A stretch of DNA of 64,000 nucleotides, from the NCBI GenBank assembly GCA_019423685.1, contig JAHZAY010000005.1, positions 20,057 to 84,056 of the forward strand. The letters are read 5' to 3'. A program made the translations under genes and the position numbers. This stretch comes from Clostridiales bacterium (GTDB taxonomy: Bacteria; Bacillota; Clostridia; Oscillospirales; Ruminococcaceae). The notes below the pieces were generated by a model, which was given only the letters and a program-made list of their open reading frames with translations, had not been told where the DNA came from and did no database searches. Numbering within the stretch: the first letter of the stretch is position 1; each line of letters starts with the position of its first letter. Shown here one piece after another: positions 9,182 through 18,140 of this stretch.

Positions 9182-10224
9182 CGGTCACTTGTTTCCTGTC
9201 TGAGAGTTTGGGCAATCTGCTGTCCCTGCGGGGACTGCAAAAATTGCAGCGTTGTGGGTGGGACCATCTTGGCAATCGCATCCCAATCCCCATTTTTTAG
9301 GCACTCCCGCACCTTGGAGGCGCTGATCTCCACTCCATCCAACTTTTTGCGCGGGATCTCAATCACCTCGACCCCATACTCCGAAAGGATGCGTTTCATC
9401 TCCCGGTTGTAGGCATTGGTGACCGGGCAAAACGGCTCGGTGCCGACAAAGCGCCGGGTGATGGAGAGGGATTTGGCAAAATATTCGCAGAAGATGCGCA
9501 GGTCCAGCTCGCAGTTGATCTGCTCGGCCCTTGCCTGTTCCTTGAGAAAATAGGTCGGGAACACCGCCGAAGAAATCAGGTAGTCGGAGGTGTGGTGCAA
9601 GAGGACATTGTCGATGCCCCCAATTCCCTGCCGGACCAGTTCATACCGCACATCCGCCGGAAAGGCGCTGCGGTCCTCCGAAAGTACAAAGAGGTGCAGG
9701 GTATCGCATTGGGCGGCCGCCGTCTCAATCAGATAGCGGTGACCGTTGGTGAAGGGATTGCAGTTCATCACCGCCGCCCCAATCACTCCGCCCTCTTGCT
9801 GGGGACGTTGGAGGGATTGGACATACTTCTGGATTCCTCCCCGCACATTTTCCATAAAGAGGACGTCCTGTGTCTCAATGATGGGATAAAATCCGAGATC
9901 GGAAAACATCGCCCTATTTTTCGGTTTGGTAAAGACAAAGAGGTGGCTCTTGCCGTTCTCCATCGCATAGTTGAGCAGCAGCGTGACGATGCGGGAGGAA
10001 AGCCCTTCTCCCTGATATTTGTCATCCACCGCCACGCACTTGATGACGTTGTCCTGCAACGAGCCGGTGGCGGCGATCTCTCCGTCGCGGGTTACCAGAT
10101 TGACGGTGTACTGCACCCCCTCATCGTAGCGAAGCTGCATGGAGTGCAAAAACTCTTCCAGCCGGCGAAGCTTTCTTCCGCTAAAGGGGTGGCCGTACTC
10201 CTCATAAAATTGGCTGTACTCCAT
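9178..10224 (-). CDS. citC: [citrate/citramalate lyase] ligase (acetate:SH-ACP ligase), CitC homologue
   Basis: It has an N-terminal GNAT-like domain followed by a cytidylyltransferase-like NPFTNGHRYLIE motif, as in CitC. Confidence 0.85.
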   Translation of the reverse strand: MEYSQFYEEYGHPFSGRKLRRLEEFLHSMQLRYDEGVQYTVNLVTRDGEIAATGSLQDNVIKCVAVDDKYQGEGLSSRIVTLLLNYAMENGKSHLFVFTKPKNRAMFSDLGFYPIIETQDVLFMENVRGGIQKYVQSLQRPQQEGGVIGAAVMNCNPFTNGHRYLIETAAAQCDTLHLFVLSEDRSAFPADVRYELVRQGIGGIDNVLLHHTSDYLISSAVFPTYFLKEQARAEQINCELDLRIFCEYFAKSLSITRRFVGTEPFCPVTNAYNREMKRILSEYGVEVIEIPRKKLDGVEISASKVRECLKNGDWDAIAKMVPPTTLQFLQSPQGQQIAQTLRQETSDR

Positions 10225-10233
10225 CGCAGCCTC

Positions 10234-10824
10234 CTACCAGCTGATCTTCTCGCCCGGATGCACAATCAGGCGGTTCGGGGCGGCAAAGCTCTCCGCTGCC
10301 TGCTGGGAAAAGAGCTGGCCTGGGGCCATGTGGACGGGGACATTGTGCTTTGCACCGATCAGCTCGGCGCAGTGTGCTGCCTCTTTTGCATCCATGTTGT
10401 ACACTCCGTCGATCGGCAGGAACGCATAGTCGATCTGCTCACCCGACATCGTGTGCATCTGCTCTGTCTCGGAGGTGTCGCAGGCAATGTAGAGTTTCTT
10501 TCCTTCCACCTCAATCAGAAAACCCACGCACTGGTTTTTGGGATGATTTTTGTTGTAGGCCTCGGTGCCGCGCACCGTGACGTCGCCGACTGTGAAGGTG
10601 CGGTATTGTGCGCCATCGATAAAGTCGGTTTCGCGCAGGATTTTGCCTTCCGGCTTCAGGGTGACCAATCCAACCTGATTGTGGTCGCCGTGTTCGTGGG
10701 AAACCAGCACCAGATCTGCCGGCAGATCATAGCCCTCTCCCGCAAATGGGTCAACATACACTGTGACCCCTTGATCGCTGACAAGGCGGTAACTTCCGTG
10801 TCCCTGATACAAGAGTTCTGTCAT
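10234..10824 (-). CDS. MBL-fold metal-dependent hydrolase (UPF0173-like)
   Basis: VYVDPFAGEGYDLPADLVLVSHEHGDHN carries the H-x-H-x-D-H metallo-beta-lactamase motif. The stop lies 9 nt before the citC start. Confidence 0.8.
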   Translation of the reverse strand: MTELLYQGHGSYRLVSDQGVTVYVDPFAGEGYDLPADLVLVSHEHGDHNQVGLVTLKPEGKILRETDFIDGAQYRTFTVGDVTVRGTEAYNKNHPKNQCVGFLIEVEGKKLYIACDTSETEQMHTMSGEQIDYAFLPIDGVYNMDAKEAAHCAELIGAKHNVPVHMAPGQLFSQQAAESFAAPNRLIVHPGEKISW

Positions 10825-10855
10825 TAAAAAACCTCCTTAAATAGATTATGGTTCC

Positions 10856-10884
10856 ATTATACCAGCAAGGTAAGTTTATTTCTA
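10856..10884 (-). promoter_or_regulatory. putative promoter of the MBL-citC-citXG operon
   Basis: On the minus strand: TAGAAA, 17 nt spacer, then TGgTATAAT (extended -10), about 30 nt upstream of the ATG at 10824. Confidence 0.4.
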
Positions 10885-10987
10885 TTCTTTCTTTTTGAAT
10901 TCTTTCCTTTCTTTGTGTTATAAAAAAGGGGCTATCTTTGGGTACCACGCATCACGACAAAATTTTTTAAGCTGCCTTATGTGTCTT

Positions 10988-11025
10988 AAAAAAGAAAAGT
11001 CCCGAAAGGCGGTGCCTTTCGGGAC
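10988..11025 (-). terminator. intrinsic terminator ending the glutamate-fermentation operon
   Basis: On the minus strand the hairpin gtcccgaaagg ... cctttcgggac is followed by ttttctttttt, just downstream of the citF stop. Confidence 0.8.
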
Positions 11026-11037
11026 AAAAAGCAATCG

Positions 11038-12450
11038 TTATTTTACCGAATGGATGACATCCAGCAGGCTGCCGTCGCGGTAGAGGACATTCGCGACAAC
11101 CTTCTGGCCCATGTGAACCGGCTTTGGTACACCGGCAAGCTCCTCTGCCATCTGCTTGAGATCCTCGATCTCCACAACAGGCAGCTTAGCCGCTTTGAGC
11201 TTCTCTTTGAGCTCCACATTCTTGCCATACTTGGTGTTGACTGCAATGCCGCGCTGGGTAACGACAACATCCACCGTCTTGCCTGGGGTGGAGATGCACA
11301 GGCATCTGTCCACTACCAGCGGCAGTCTTGCACGGGTCAGCGGTGCAATGATGATTGCCAGCTTTGCACCTGCTGCGGTGTCGCAGTGTCCGCCGGAACC
11401 GCCCATAATGTAGCCGTTAGAATCGGTGTGGACGTTGACATTAAAGTCCAGATCCACCTGGGTGGCACCGAGAAGGACAACGTCCAGATTGTCTACGCCC
11501 GCGCTCTTTCCGCTGACGCCCGCATACTGGGTTGCAGAAACTTCCATGTGTTTGGGGTTGGTGCGGATCGATTCTACTGCCTTCAGATCAAAGCACTGTA
11601 CATCCAAGAGCGCCTCAAAGCAGCCCTCGTTGAGCATATCGACCATGTAGCCGGTGATGCCGCCCATGCCGTAGCTGCCCTTGATGCCCTTTTCCAGCAT
11701 CATGTCCTTGACATATTTTGCGGTGGCCAAAGTTGCACCGCCTGCACCGGTCTGGAAGGAGAAACCATCTTTGAGCAGACCGGATGCCTCGATAACCTTG
11801 GAGGCATAGCTTGCCATCTTCAGGCCAACTGGGTCGCGGGTAATCTTGGTGGTACCGGAAACGATACCTGCCGGGTTGCCGATCTGGTCAACCTTAACCA
11901 CATAGTCGACATAGACCTCCGGAATGGAGAAGCCGACTAACGGATACGCTACCAGGTTATCGGTGACGACGACAACCTTCTTTGCGTTCATTGCATCAGC
12001 AAACGCATAGCCGATGGAACCGCAGGCAGAAGGTCCAACCTTACCGGTGCAGTTGCCCATATCATCGGCTGTCGGCGCAGCGATGAAGGCCACATCGATG
12101 ACCGAAGTGCCCTTCTCCATATCGGAGGCTCTGCCGCCGTGGCTGCGGAAAACAACCGGCTTATCCATCAAGCCCTCCGAGATGGCCTTGCCCACCTTGG
12201 CGCCCATATAGTTGCACTCCAGGCCGGTGACCACGCCATTTTTAATGTGGCCGATGATCGGCTCATGGATATCAAAGATCGAGCTTGCGTTGACGGTCAG
12301 GTTCTTGATGCCCATCTTGGCAATCTCGTCCAGCACCATGTTCAGCACATAGTCGCCGTTGCGCATGTGGTGGTGGAAAGAAATGGTCATGCCGTCGCGC
12401 AGCTCACATTTTTCAATTGCTTCTCTAATAGATGCTACTAACTTACTCAT
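11038..12450 (-). CDS. citF: citrate/citramalate lyase alpha subunit (CitF homologue, CoA-transferase component)
   Basis: The N-terminus MSKLVASIREAIEKCELRDGMTISFHHHMRNGD and overall length match CitF. I chose the ATG at 12450 (SD GGAGAGGTGGA), which overlaps the citE stop. Confidence 0.85.
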   Translation of the reverse strand: MSKLVASIREAIEKCELRDGMTISFHHHMRNGDYVLNMVLDEIAKMGIKNLTVNASSIFDIHEPIIGHIKNGVVTGLECNYMGAKVGKAISEGLMDKPVVFRSHGGRASDMEKGTSVIDVAFIAAPTADDMGNCTGKVGPSACGSIGYAFADAMNAKKVVVVTDNLVAYPLVGFSIPEVYVDYVVKVDQIGNPAGIVSGTTKITRDPVGLKMASYASKVIEASGLLKDGFSFQTGAGGATLATAKYVKDMMLEKGIKGSYGMGGITGYMVDMLNEGCFEALLDVQCFDLKAVESIRTNPKHMEVSATQYAGVSGKSAGVDNLDVVLLGATQVDLDFNVNVHTDSNGYIMGGSGGHCDTAAGAKLAIIIAPLTRARLPLVVDRCLCISTPGKTVDVVVTQRGIAVNTKYGKNVELKEKLKAAKLPVVEIEDLKQMAEELAGVPKPVHMGQKVVANVLYRDGSLLDVIHSVK

Positions 12451-13324
12451 CGTCTTCCACCTCTCCAAACATTGCTTTTTCCATCTCAATGACCTGTCTT
12501 GCACGCTCCACGATCGGTGCATCGATCATCTTGCCGTGCAGCGAGACAACGCCCTTGCCTTGCTGTTTGGCGATGCGGATGGTCTCCATGACCTCGTGGG
12601 CATAGTCGATCTCTGCCTGTGTTGGGCTGAAGACCTCGTTGATGCCCTCGACATGGCGCGGCGAGATGGAAGCTTTGCCGGAGAAGCCCAAAGCTTTTGC
12701 AAACTGGGCATCCTTGTACAGGCCCTCGATATCGTCGACATCGGTGAATGGGGTATCGTAGACGTCGATGCCGCAGGCACGCGCTGCGCAGACCAGTCTT
12801 GTGCGGGCATAGAAGATTTCGGTGCCCTCTTTGGTGCGCTTGCAGCGCAGGTCGGCAGTCAGGTCCTCGCCGCCCAGGAACAGCGCTGCTACGCGCTTAT
12901 CGGCAGAGGCAATTTGGAAAGCGTTTTCAACGCCCAGTGCAGTCTCGATCAGGGGGATCAGTTTGACGGTGTTCTTCTCAAAGCCGCACTTCTCTTCCAG
13001 CTTTGTGATGTACTCGGATACCGTCTTGACATCCTGCGCACAGCTTACCTTTGGCGGCATAATCATGTTTGGCTTCAACGGGATAATCTCATCGAGGTCA
13101 TGGGTCCAGTAATCGGTCTCAACCGGGTTGATGCGGATGATGATTTCGCAGCCCTTATAGTGCAGGTTTTTCAGCGCGTTGCGCACCAGAATTCTGGCCG
13201 AATCCTTTTCTGCCGGGGAGACAGCATCTTCCAGGTCGAAGATGATGCTGTCCGCGCCCAGCACGTCGCCGTTCATCAAAAGGTTTGGGGTGTTGCCCGG
13301 GATAAATAGCATCGATCTTCTCAT
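12443..13324 (-). CDS. citE: citrate/citramalate lyase beta subunit (CitE homologue, acyl-CoA/ACP lyase)
   Basis: RRSMLFIPGN ... IIFDLEDAV ... LIETALGVENA is the HpcH/CitE signature. The start shares an ATGA overlap with the citD stop. Confidence 0.85.
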   Translation of the reverse strand: MRRSMLFIPGNTPNLLMNGDVLGADSIIFDLEDAVSPAEKDSARILVRNALKNLHYKGCEIIIRINPVETDYWTHDLDEIIPLKPNMIMPPKVSCAQDVKTVSEYITKLEEKCGFEKNTVKLIPLIETALGVENAFQIASADKRVAALFLGGEDLTADLRCKRTKEGTEIFYARTRLVCAARACGIDVYDTPFTDVDDIEGLYKDAQFAKALGFSGKASISPRHVEGINEVFSPTQAEIDYAHEVMETIRIAKQQGKGVVSLHGKMIDAPIVERARQVIEMEKAMFGEVEDDE

Positions 13325-13590
13325 CAGTTTTCCCCTCCCGCTCTCTTGATGGCGGTCTCGACGCGCGCCTGAATAACGCAGTCTACAGCGCCCTTATCGT
13401 TGATCGAAATTTTGCCGGCATGTACATCCAGCTCATCCAGTACCTGCTGGACACTCGCTTGAATCTGGTCGGCATACTGGTTATAGACCACCGACTCAAT
13501 CTCAATTTCCAGCTTGTCGCTGGGCTCTACCTTAACATAGGCGTCGCTGGACTCCAGAGTCCCGGCGACAGCGGTTGTTTTGATGTTCAT
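13324..13590 (-). CDS. citD: citrate/citramalate lyase acyl carrier protein (gamma subunit, CitD homologue)
   Basis: 88 aa. AGTLESSDAYVKVEP contains the conserved Ser that carries the prosthetic group. Confidence 0.85.
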   Translation of the reverse strand: MNIKTTAVAGTLESSDAYVKVEPSDKLEIEIESVVYNQYADQIQASVQQVLDELDVHAGKISINDKGAVDCVIQARVETAIKRAGGEN

Positions 13591-13607
13591 GGTTGTTTTT
13601 CTCCTCT

Positions 13608-14144
13608 CTACTCCTCGATCCCTTTGCGGCTTCCCAAGCCCTGATCGAAGGGGTGCTTCTCCTTGACAAACTTGGTGACATAGTCAGCCCGGTCGGTCAG
13701 GGGACTGATATCCATGCCATAGTCATGGCCGGTGATAACAAGCTCGGTTCCTGCTGGCCGCTGATCCATCATCTCCAGGATCTGCTCTTTCGGGACGGTG
13801 CCCAGATTAAAGGCATCGATCGCCTCGTCCAGCACGACCAGATCGTATTCGCCGGTGAAGTATTTTTTGCGCACCTGATCGAACACCTTCTGGAATTTTT
13901 CTTTGTAATACTCCTGCTGTTCCGGAGTGAGGTTAAACATAAAGGGGATCGGGCCCTCATTCTCGATATACTCGACTCCCGGCAGTGAACGGATCACACT
14001 GACCTCACCACTGGTCGGTTCCTTCAGGAACTGATAGACCAATACCTTGAAACCGTGTCCCACACAGCGCACAATCTGGCCGATGGCTGCGGTAGTTTTG
14101 CCTTTGCCATCGCCGTAGTAAAGCTGAATACAACCCTTGTCCAT
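13608..14144 (-). CDS. cobO: ATP:cob(I)alamin adenosyltransferase, CobA/CobO/BtuR type
   Basis: IQLYYGDGKGKTTAAIGQ is the P-loop, and LVVLDE plus TGH motifs are as in CobA/BtuR. The ATG at 14144 has AAAGGAGGA 9 nt upstream. Confidence 0.8.
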   Translation of the reverse strand: MDKGCIQLYYGDGKGKTTAAIGQIVRCVGHGFKVLVYQFLKEPTSGEVSVIRSLPGVEYIENEGPIPFMFNLTPEQQEYYKEKFQKVFDQVRKKYFTGEYDLVVLDEAIDAFNLGTVPKEQILEMMDQRPAGTELVITGHDYGMDISPLTDRADYVTKFVKEKHPFDQGLGSRKGIEE

Positions 14145-14224
14145 CCTGCTGATTCCTCCTTTGCGGCACCCCGACAACAAAGGCCGCCTTGCGCGGGCGG
14201 CCTTTTGCGCTCGGATGCTTTCTT

Positions 14225-15199
14225 TTAATAGATGCGCTCAATCGAGTCTATGTCGGTGCCGATCTTCGGGGCCTCTTTGCGGCCAACCAGGCCTACAATG
14301 AGGTATGCGTTTCGCACTGGATCGTACGGTATATCCTTGATGAGCTTAAAGCCCTCGATCTCGCCGCTGCTGCGCACATGGTTGCGCGGAGCGTTGCAGT
14401 GGTACACTACATCGCCTATGCTGATATGCTCCTCGTCGTGGAAGGAGATGGGCACATCCTGGTCGATGACAGCCTGTACCTTGCGCTCAATCGAATCCAG
14501 CGAGACGATCGGTTTTTCCTTAAAGCAGAGCACAAAGCCGTGTTTGACATCGGCGTGCTCATATTCTTCCGGACGTCCGTGAGAAAGGATATACCCGGTG
14601 ATGTCCTCCGCCGAGTGCACCATTTTGCGGTAACGAATCGATTTGAAAACGATGTTGGCGATATCCTGCGGCACTGGGCCAAACAGGTCGGGGCGGGTGA
14701 CAATGACCTCCTCGCCGACACCGAGCATCAGGTCGGCATTGACCGGCAGGTCACTGCTTTCCCGTTTGAGGAATGGGTAGATCAGGTCAAAGTGCTCCAC
14801 CACAACGCGCTTGCCCTTTGACAGAGCCGCCATGATGGCGCGCGCCAGCTCCGGCAGTTGGGTGAATCCCTGCTCAAAGCGAATGTCCAGATGATAGGTG
14901 TGCGGGGTGGCAAACAGCGAAAAGCCGCGCTTGTTGATCCCCATTCCCAGTGGATCGTCCAACATCTCCAAAATCGGCAGCGGGCGCACATTGACACCCT
15001 CGTCGTCATTGGTCAGCTCCAGTCCCGGGAACATGCCCTTAATCAGCATACTCTTTCCCGATCCGGCGTCGCCGATGACGCCAATCAGTTTGTCCATCGG
15101 TCTCAGGTACTGCTGTGCAAGCTGCATACCCAACTCCGCCATGCGCACATTGCCGCGCGGTGCAAAATAGATGCTGTACAGATGGCTGATATATGACAT
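14225..15199 (-). CDS. P-loop protein of unknown function with an HprK-like Walker A region
   Basis: LIGVIGDAGSGKSMLIKGMFPGLELTNDDEGVNV resembles the HPr kinase C-terminal-domain motif G-D-S-G-x-G-K-S ... G-x-x-L-x-A-D-D-x-V. The ATG at 15199 has GGGGAGG 6 nt upstream. The gene is embedded in the glutamate mutase operon. Confidence 0.6.
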   Translation of the reverse strand: MSYISHLYSIYFAPRGNVRMAELGMQLAQQYLRPMDKLIGVIGDAGSGKSMLIKGMFPGLELTNDDEGVNVRPLPILEMLDDPLGMGINKRGFSLFATPHTYHLDIRFEQGFTQLPELARAIMAALSKGKRVVVEHFDLIYPFLKRESSDLPVNADLMLGVGEEVIVTRPDLFGPVPQDIANIVFKSIRYRKMVHSAEDITGYILSHGRPEEYEHADVKHGFVLCFKEKPIVSLDSIERKVQAVIDQDVPISFHDEEHISIGDVVYHCNAPRNHVRSSGEIEGFKLIKDIPYDPVRNAYLIVGLVGRKEAPKIGTDIDSIERIY

Positions 15200-15244
15200 G
15201 AAGCGCCTCCCCTCTTCCAAAATATCGATAACATAGTAAATATG

Positions 15245-15277
15245 CCGATAGGGATCCTGTGACAGAATCCCTATCGG
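15245..15277 (-). other. intercistronic 11-bp stem-loop between mal and the P-loop gene
   Basis: ccgatagggat (15245-15255) pairs perfectly with atccctatcgg (15267-15277). No U-tract follows on the sense (minus) strand. Confidence 0.5.
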
Positions 15278-15308
15278 TTATTTGTGTATGGCTAACCTGT
15301 CGGGTTAG

Positions 15309-16556
15309 TTATTTTTTCTTTGCGTTTCTCAGAGCAAGGATGCGGTTCATCTCGTTGTATACGATCATGTAGCCTTCATCTACGCCCATACCTGGTTTTG
15401 CAAGGATCTGGTCTGGCTGGGTAGCCATTGCGCAGTCCACACATACCTGGCAGGAACGGTCGGTCTCGTTGCAGGTACCGCCCTGATATGCGCCGAAGTT
15501 GTGCTGTTTGCAGTACAGAACAGCCTCGATGGTGTTGTTGATGCCGCCAAGGTCTGGGGTCTTGATCTGAGCCATATGGCCAGCTTTGTTGTCGCAGAAG
15601 TAGATGACATCCTCGAGGGTGTTGCACCACTCGTCAGCAACCAGCTCTACGTTGATGCCGCGTCTGTCAACCTCTTCGCGCAGGCCCTTCAGGCAAAGCA
15701 TCTGTTTTTCTCTTTCACCGGCATCCATCGGGCCTTCGATGCGCAGATGGAACGGTTTTGCAGCCTCTTCCAGCTCAGCCAGATAGTCTGCCATTGCTTT
15801 GTAGTTCTCATCGCCGAATGCCTGGCCGATGGTGCCATATACGTCGATGTGGAAAATTGGGTTGTAGTCCTCGCTTGCACGCAGTTTGATGACGCGGTCA
15901 CGCAGCCAGCATACATACTCTTTGAGCTTGGAGCCGTCGCGGCCGAGCTTGGTCTCTACGTTGTTGATCAGAGCGTGTGGCAGGATTGCTGCGCCCTTGA
16001 GGATCATCTTATCTGCGTTCTCATAGCGGTTGTCGCCGGACTGGGTGAAGATCGGAATTGGTTTCTCCGATACGGTGGTGCCGTACTCGTCTGCTACAAC
16101 TTCGCTCATCAGTCTCTTGGAAGATTTTGCTACTGCATCCAGAATTGCCTGGGAAACACCGTAACGGATCGCGGTGTGCAATCTCTTGCCGTCTACTTCG
16201 ATTGCTTCCATCATCTTGGTCAGCTCTCTGAAGTTGTCCGCCTCTTTGCCAACCAGAGCAGGTTTGATGTATTTCTCGATTACTGGGATAAAGTCCTCAG
16301 CCAGGAACAGCGGGTCACGGCCGCCTGCACCAGAATACTGAACTGCTGCGCAGTCGCCCCATGCGATCTGGCCATCTTCCAAAACCAGCATAACCGAGAT
16401 GGATTCGCCGGCCTGACGGATGGATTTAAAACCTGGAGTTACTGGAGTGCCGATGTAAGCAGCACCGTCGGAAACTGCACCGCTCTTAATTGCTTTCTGG
16501 TCGTCGAAGAAGAAGCCTGTACGGCCTGGAGCACATACTACGTCTACGATTTTCAT
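15309..16556 (-). CDS. mal: methylaspartate ammonia-lyase (beta-methylaspartase)
   Basis: MKIVDVVCAPGRTGFFFDDQKAIKSGA closely matches the clostridial methylaspartase N-terminus. The length of 415 aa and position next to glmE also fit. Confidence 0.95.
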   Translation of the reverse strand: MKIVDVVCAPGRTGFFFDDQKAIKSGAVSDGAAYIGTPVTPGFKSIRQAGESISVMLVLEDGQIAWGDCAAVQYSGAGGRDPLFLAEDFIPVIEKYIKPALVGKEADNFRELTKMMEAIEVDGKRLHTAIRYGVSQAILDAVAKSSKRLMSEVVADEYGTTVSEKPIPIFTQSGDNRYENADKMILKGAAILPHALINNVETKLGRDGSKLKEYVCWLRDRVIKLRASEDYNPIFHIDVYGTIGQAFGDENYKAMADYLAELEEAAKPFHLRIEGPMDAGEREKQMLCLKGLREEVDRRGINVELVADEWCNTLEDVIYFCDNKAGHMAQIKTPDLGGINNTIEAVLYCKQHNFGAYQGGTCNETDRSCQVCVDCAMATQPDQILAKPGMGVDEGYMIVYNEMNRILALRNAKKK

Positions 16557-16661
16557 GATAAAAATCTCCCTTCTATAAAGGCCCGCAGCCCTCTCCCCAC
16601 TGTGGGGGAGAAGGGAACTGCGCGCGCATTTTAATGCTTTTTCAAAATTATCCCAAAAAGG

Positions 16662-18134
16662 TTATCTCGGTCTGCCAACCAGACGGCCTTTGCTGATGGC
16701 ATAAACGTCGTCGATTACCATCTGGAAGGAAACGGCGCGGTTTTCTGCCTTAGCGCGCTCTTCGAGTTTCTCGCGATGGAACTTCTTCAGATCGTCGGTA
16801 AATGGCAGGTTGCCGATTTCCAGGATACGAACTGCACCGCCGTTGTCACGAGCTGGCAGCATGATGCCTGCATTGCACTTAGCTGGACCAAACGGTACGT
16901 CGATGACGCCCGCATGGATTGCAGCGATAGCGCCCAGAATGATGTCGCCATGACCCAATGCGATGACTTTGTCCATGATGCAACGGGTCTCCGCCTTGAT
17001 GATCTCCTTTTCGTGCTCCATACGGGAACCTACGGTTACCTGGTCAACCAGCATGTTGGTCAACTGTTTGGTGCAGCGCAGACCGGCGGCATTTGCTTCC
17101 TTGGTCGGTACACCAGCAGCCTCATGTGGTGTCTTAACGATAACCTTGGTCGCTTTTGCCAGGGTTGCGCAGGCAGCGCCCCAGGAGATAACGCCAAATG
17201 CTTTTGCTTCGTCAGCCGGGAAACCGCCCATCCACTGATGGAATACGGTGGTTACGTTGATGTCATAATAGCCGAACTTGTGCAGGTACTCTTCGGTCAG
17301 CTCTTCCAGAGTGCGGATTGCAGCGACGTCCTGAATCTGGTTGCCCAGTTGGCCGTAACCGACGGTGATGTTCTTAACGCCCTGCTCTGCAGCTGCCAGT
17401 GCTTCAATGATGGCAACCGAGTGGGAGATGCACGGAGGTACCAGAGTGCCGGTCAGCGGGCCGTATGGCTCACGGTTGATCGGAACGCCAGCTTCCTCAT
17501 AGATGCCGGTCAGGCGGTCTACATACTGCCAATCCTTCATGGTCTGCTCGATCGGAATATTCTTGGCGTATGGGATATTGTAGGAGATGCCGCCGCCCTC
17601 ATAGGAGGTGAAGCCGCCGGCATAGGTGATTTCGGTCAGGAGTCTGGCATCCGGAGTACCGTGACGGACCTGCAGCGGGGTGTCGAGCGCATCGACAACC
17701 TGACGGCAGCCGTGTACACCGTGGTTAACTGCCGGGAAGCCGTTGAGGAATGGGTGGAAATTGCCGCTTGCCATGCCTTCTTTTTCGCGGCGGATACCTT
17801 CAGCACAGTTCTCGTACTGATTCTGACGGGTATAGGAGTCGATGGTGGTTGGCAGCAGATCTGCTTCACCGGCATCCTGCAGGTGTTTGAGCAGTTCGAT
17901 GTGATTTTCGATCAGGCCCACGCCAGCTCTTGGCTGAATCAGGGTTACGCCCTCTTTTTTGGCCTTGTTGAGCTTGTGGGAGAAGATCTTATGTTCCGGC
18001 AGAGATTTGTGGTAGGCGATGGCTTCGTCCAGGTCTACCTCTTTGCCGGTCGGCCATGTGGCAAGGACTTCTTTACGCATTTTATAAAATTCGTCGTCGG
18101 TCCATTTTTTGTTTTTGATGTCAATGGTTTCCAT
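16662..18134 (-). CDS. glmE: glutamate mutase epsilon (large, catalytic) subunit
   Basis: [50 protein letters not shown] and [22 protein letters not shown] track the Clostridium GlmE/MutE sequence along its whole length. Confidence 0.95.
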   Translation of the reverse strand: METIDIKNKKWTDDEFYKMRKEVLATWPTGKEVDLDEAIAYHKSLPEHKIFSHKLNKAKKEGVTLIQPRAGVGLIENHIELLKHLQDAGEADLLPTTIDSYTRQNQYENCAEGIRREKEGMASGNFHPFLNGFPAVNHGVHGCRQVVDALDTPLQVRHGTPDARLLTEITYAGGFTSYEGGGISYNIPYAKNIPIEQTMKDWQYVDRLTGIYEEAGVPINREPYGPLTGTLVPPCISHSVAIIEALAAAEQGVKNITVGYGQLGNQIQDVAAIRTLEELTEEYLHKFGYYDINVTTVFHQWMGGFPADEAKAFGVISWGAACATLAKATKVIVKTPHEAAGVPTKEANAAGLRCTKQLTNMLVDQVTVGSRMEHEKEIIKAETRCIMDKVIALGHGDIILGAIAAIHAGVIDVPFGPAKCNAGIMLPARDNGGAVRILEIGNLPFTDDLKKFHREKLEERAKAENRAVSFQMVIDDVYAISKGRLVGRPR

Positions 18135-18140
18135 CTACGT

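Noticed and set aside
9592-10827. 411-aa plus-strand ORF overlapping citC and the MBL hydrolase gene.
   Set aside because: It is antisense to two genes with strong motif support, and its product has no recognisable motifs.
7820-13590. Reading citDEF-citC-citXG as a citrate fermentation locus.
   Set aside because: No citrate transporter and no oxaloacetate decarboxylase or malate dehydrogenase genes are in the window. CitDEF is fused into the same operon as glutamate mutase, methylaspartase and a mesaconase-type hydratase, so citramalate lyase is the better reading. This remains unproven without biochemistry.
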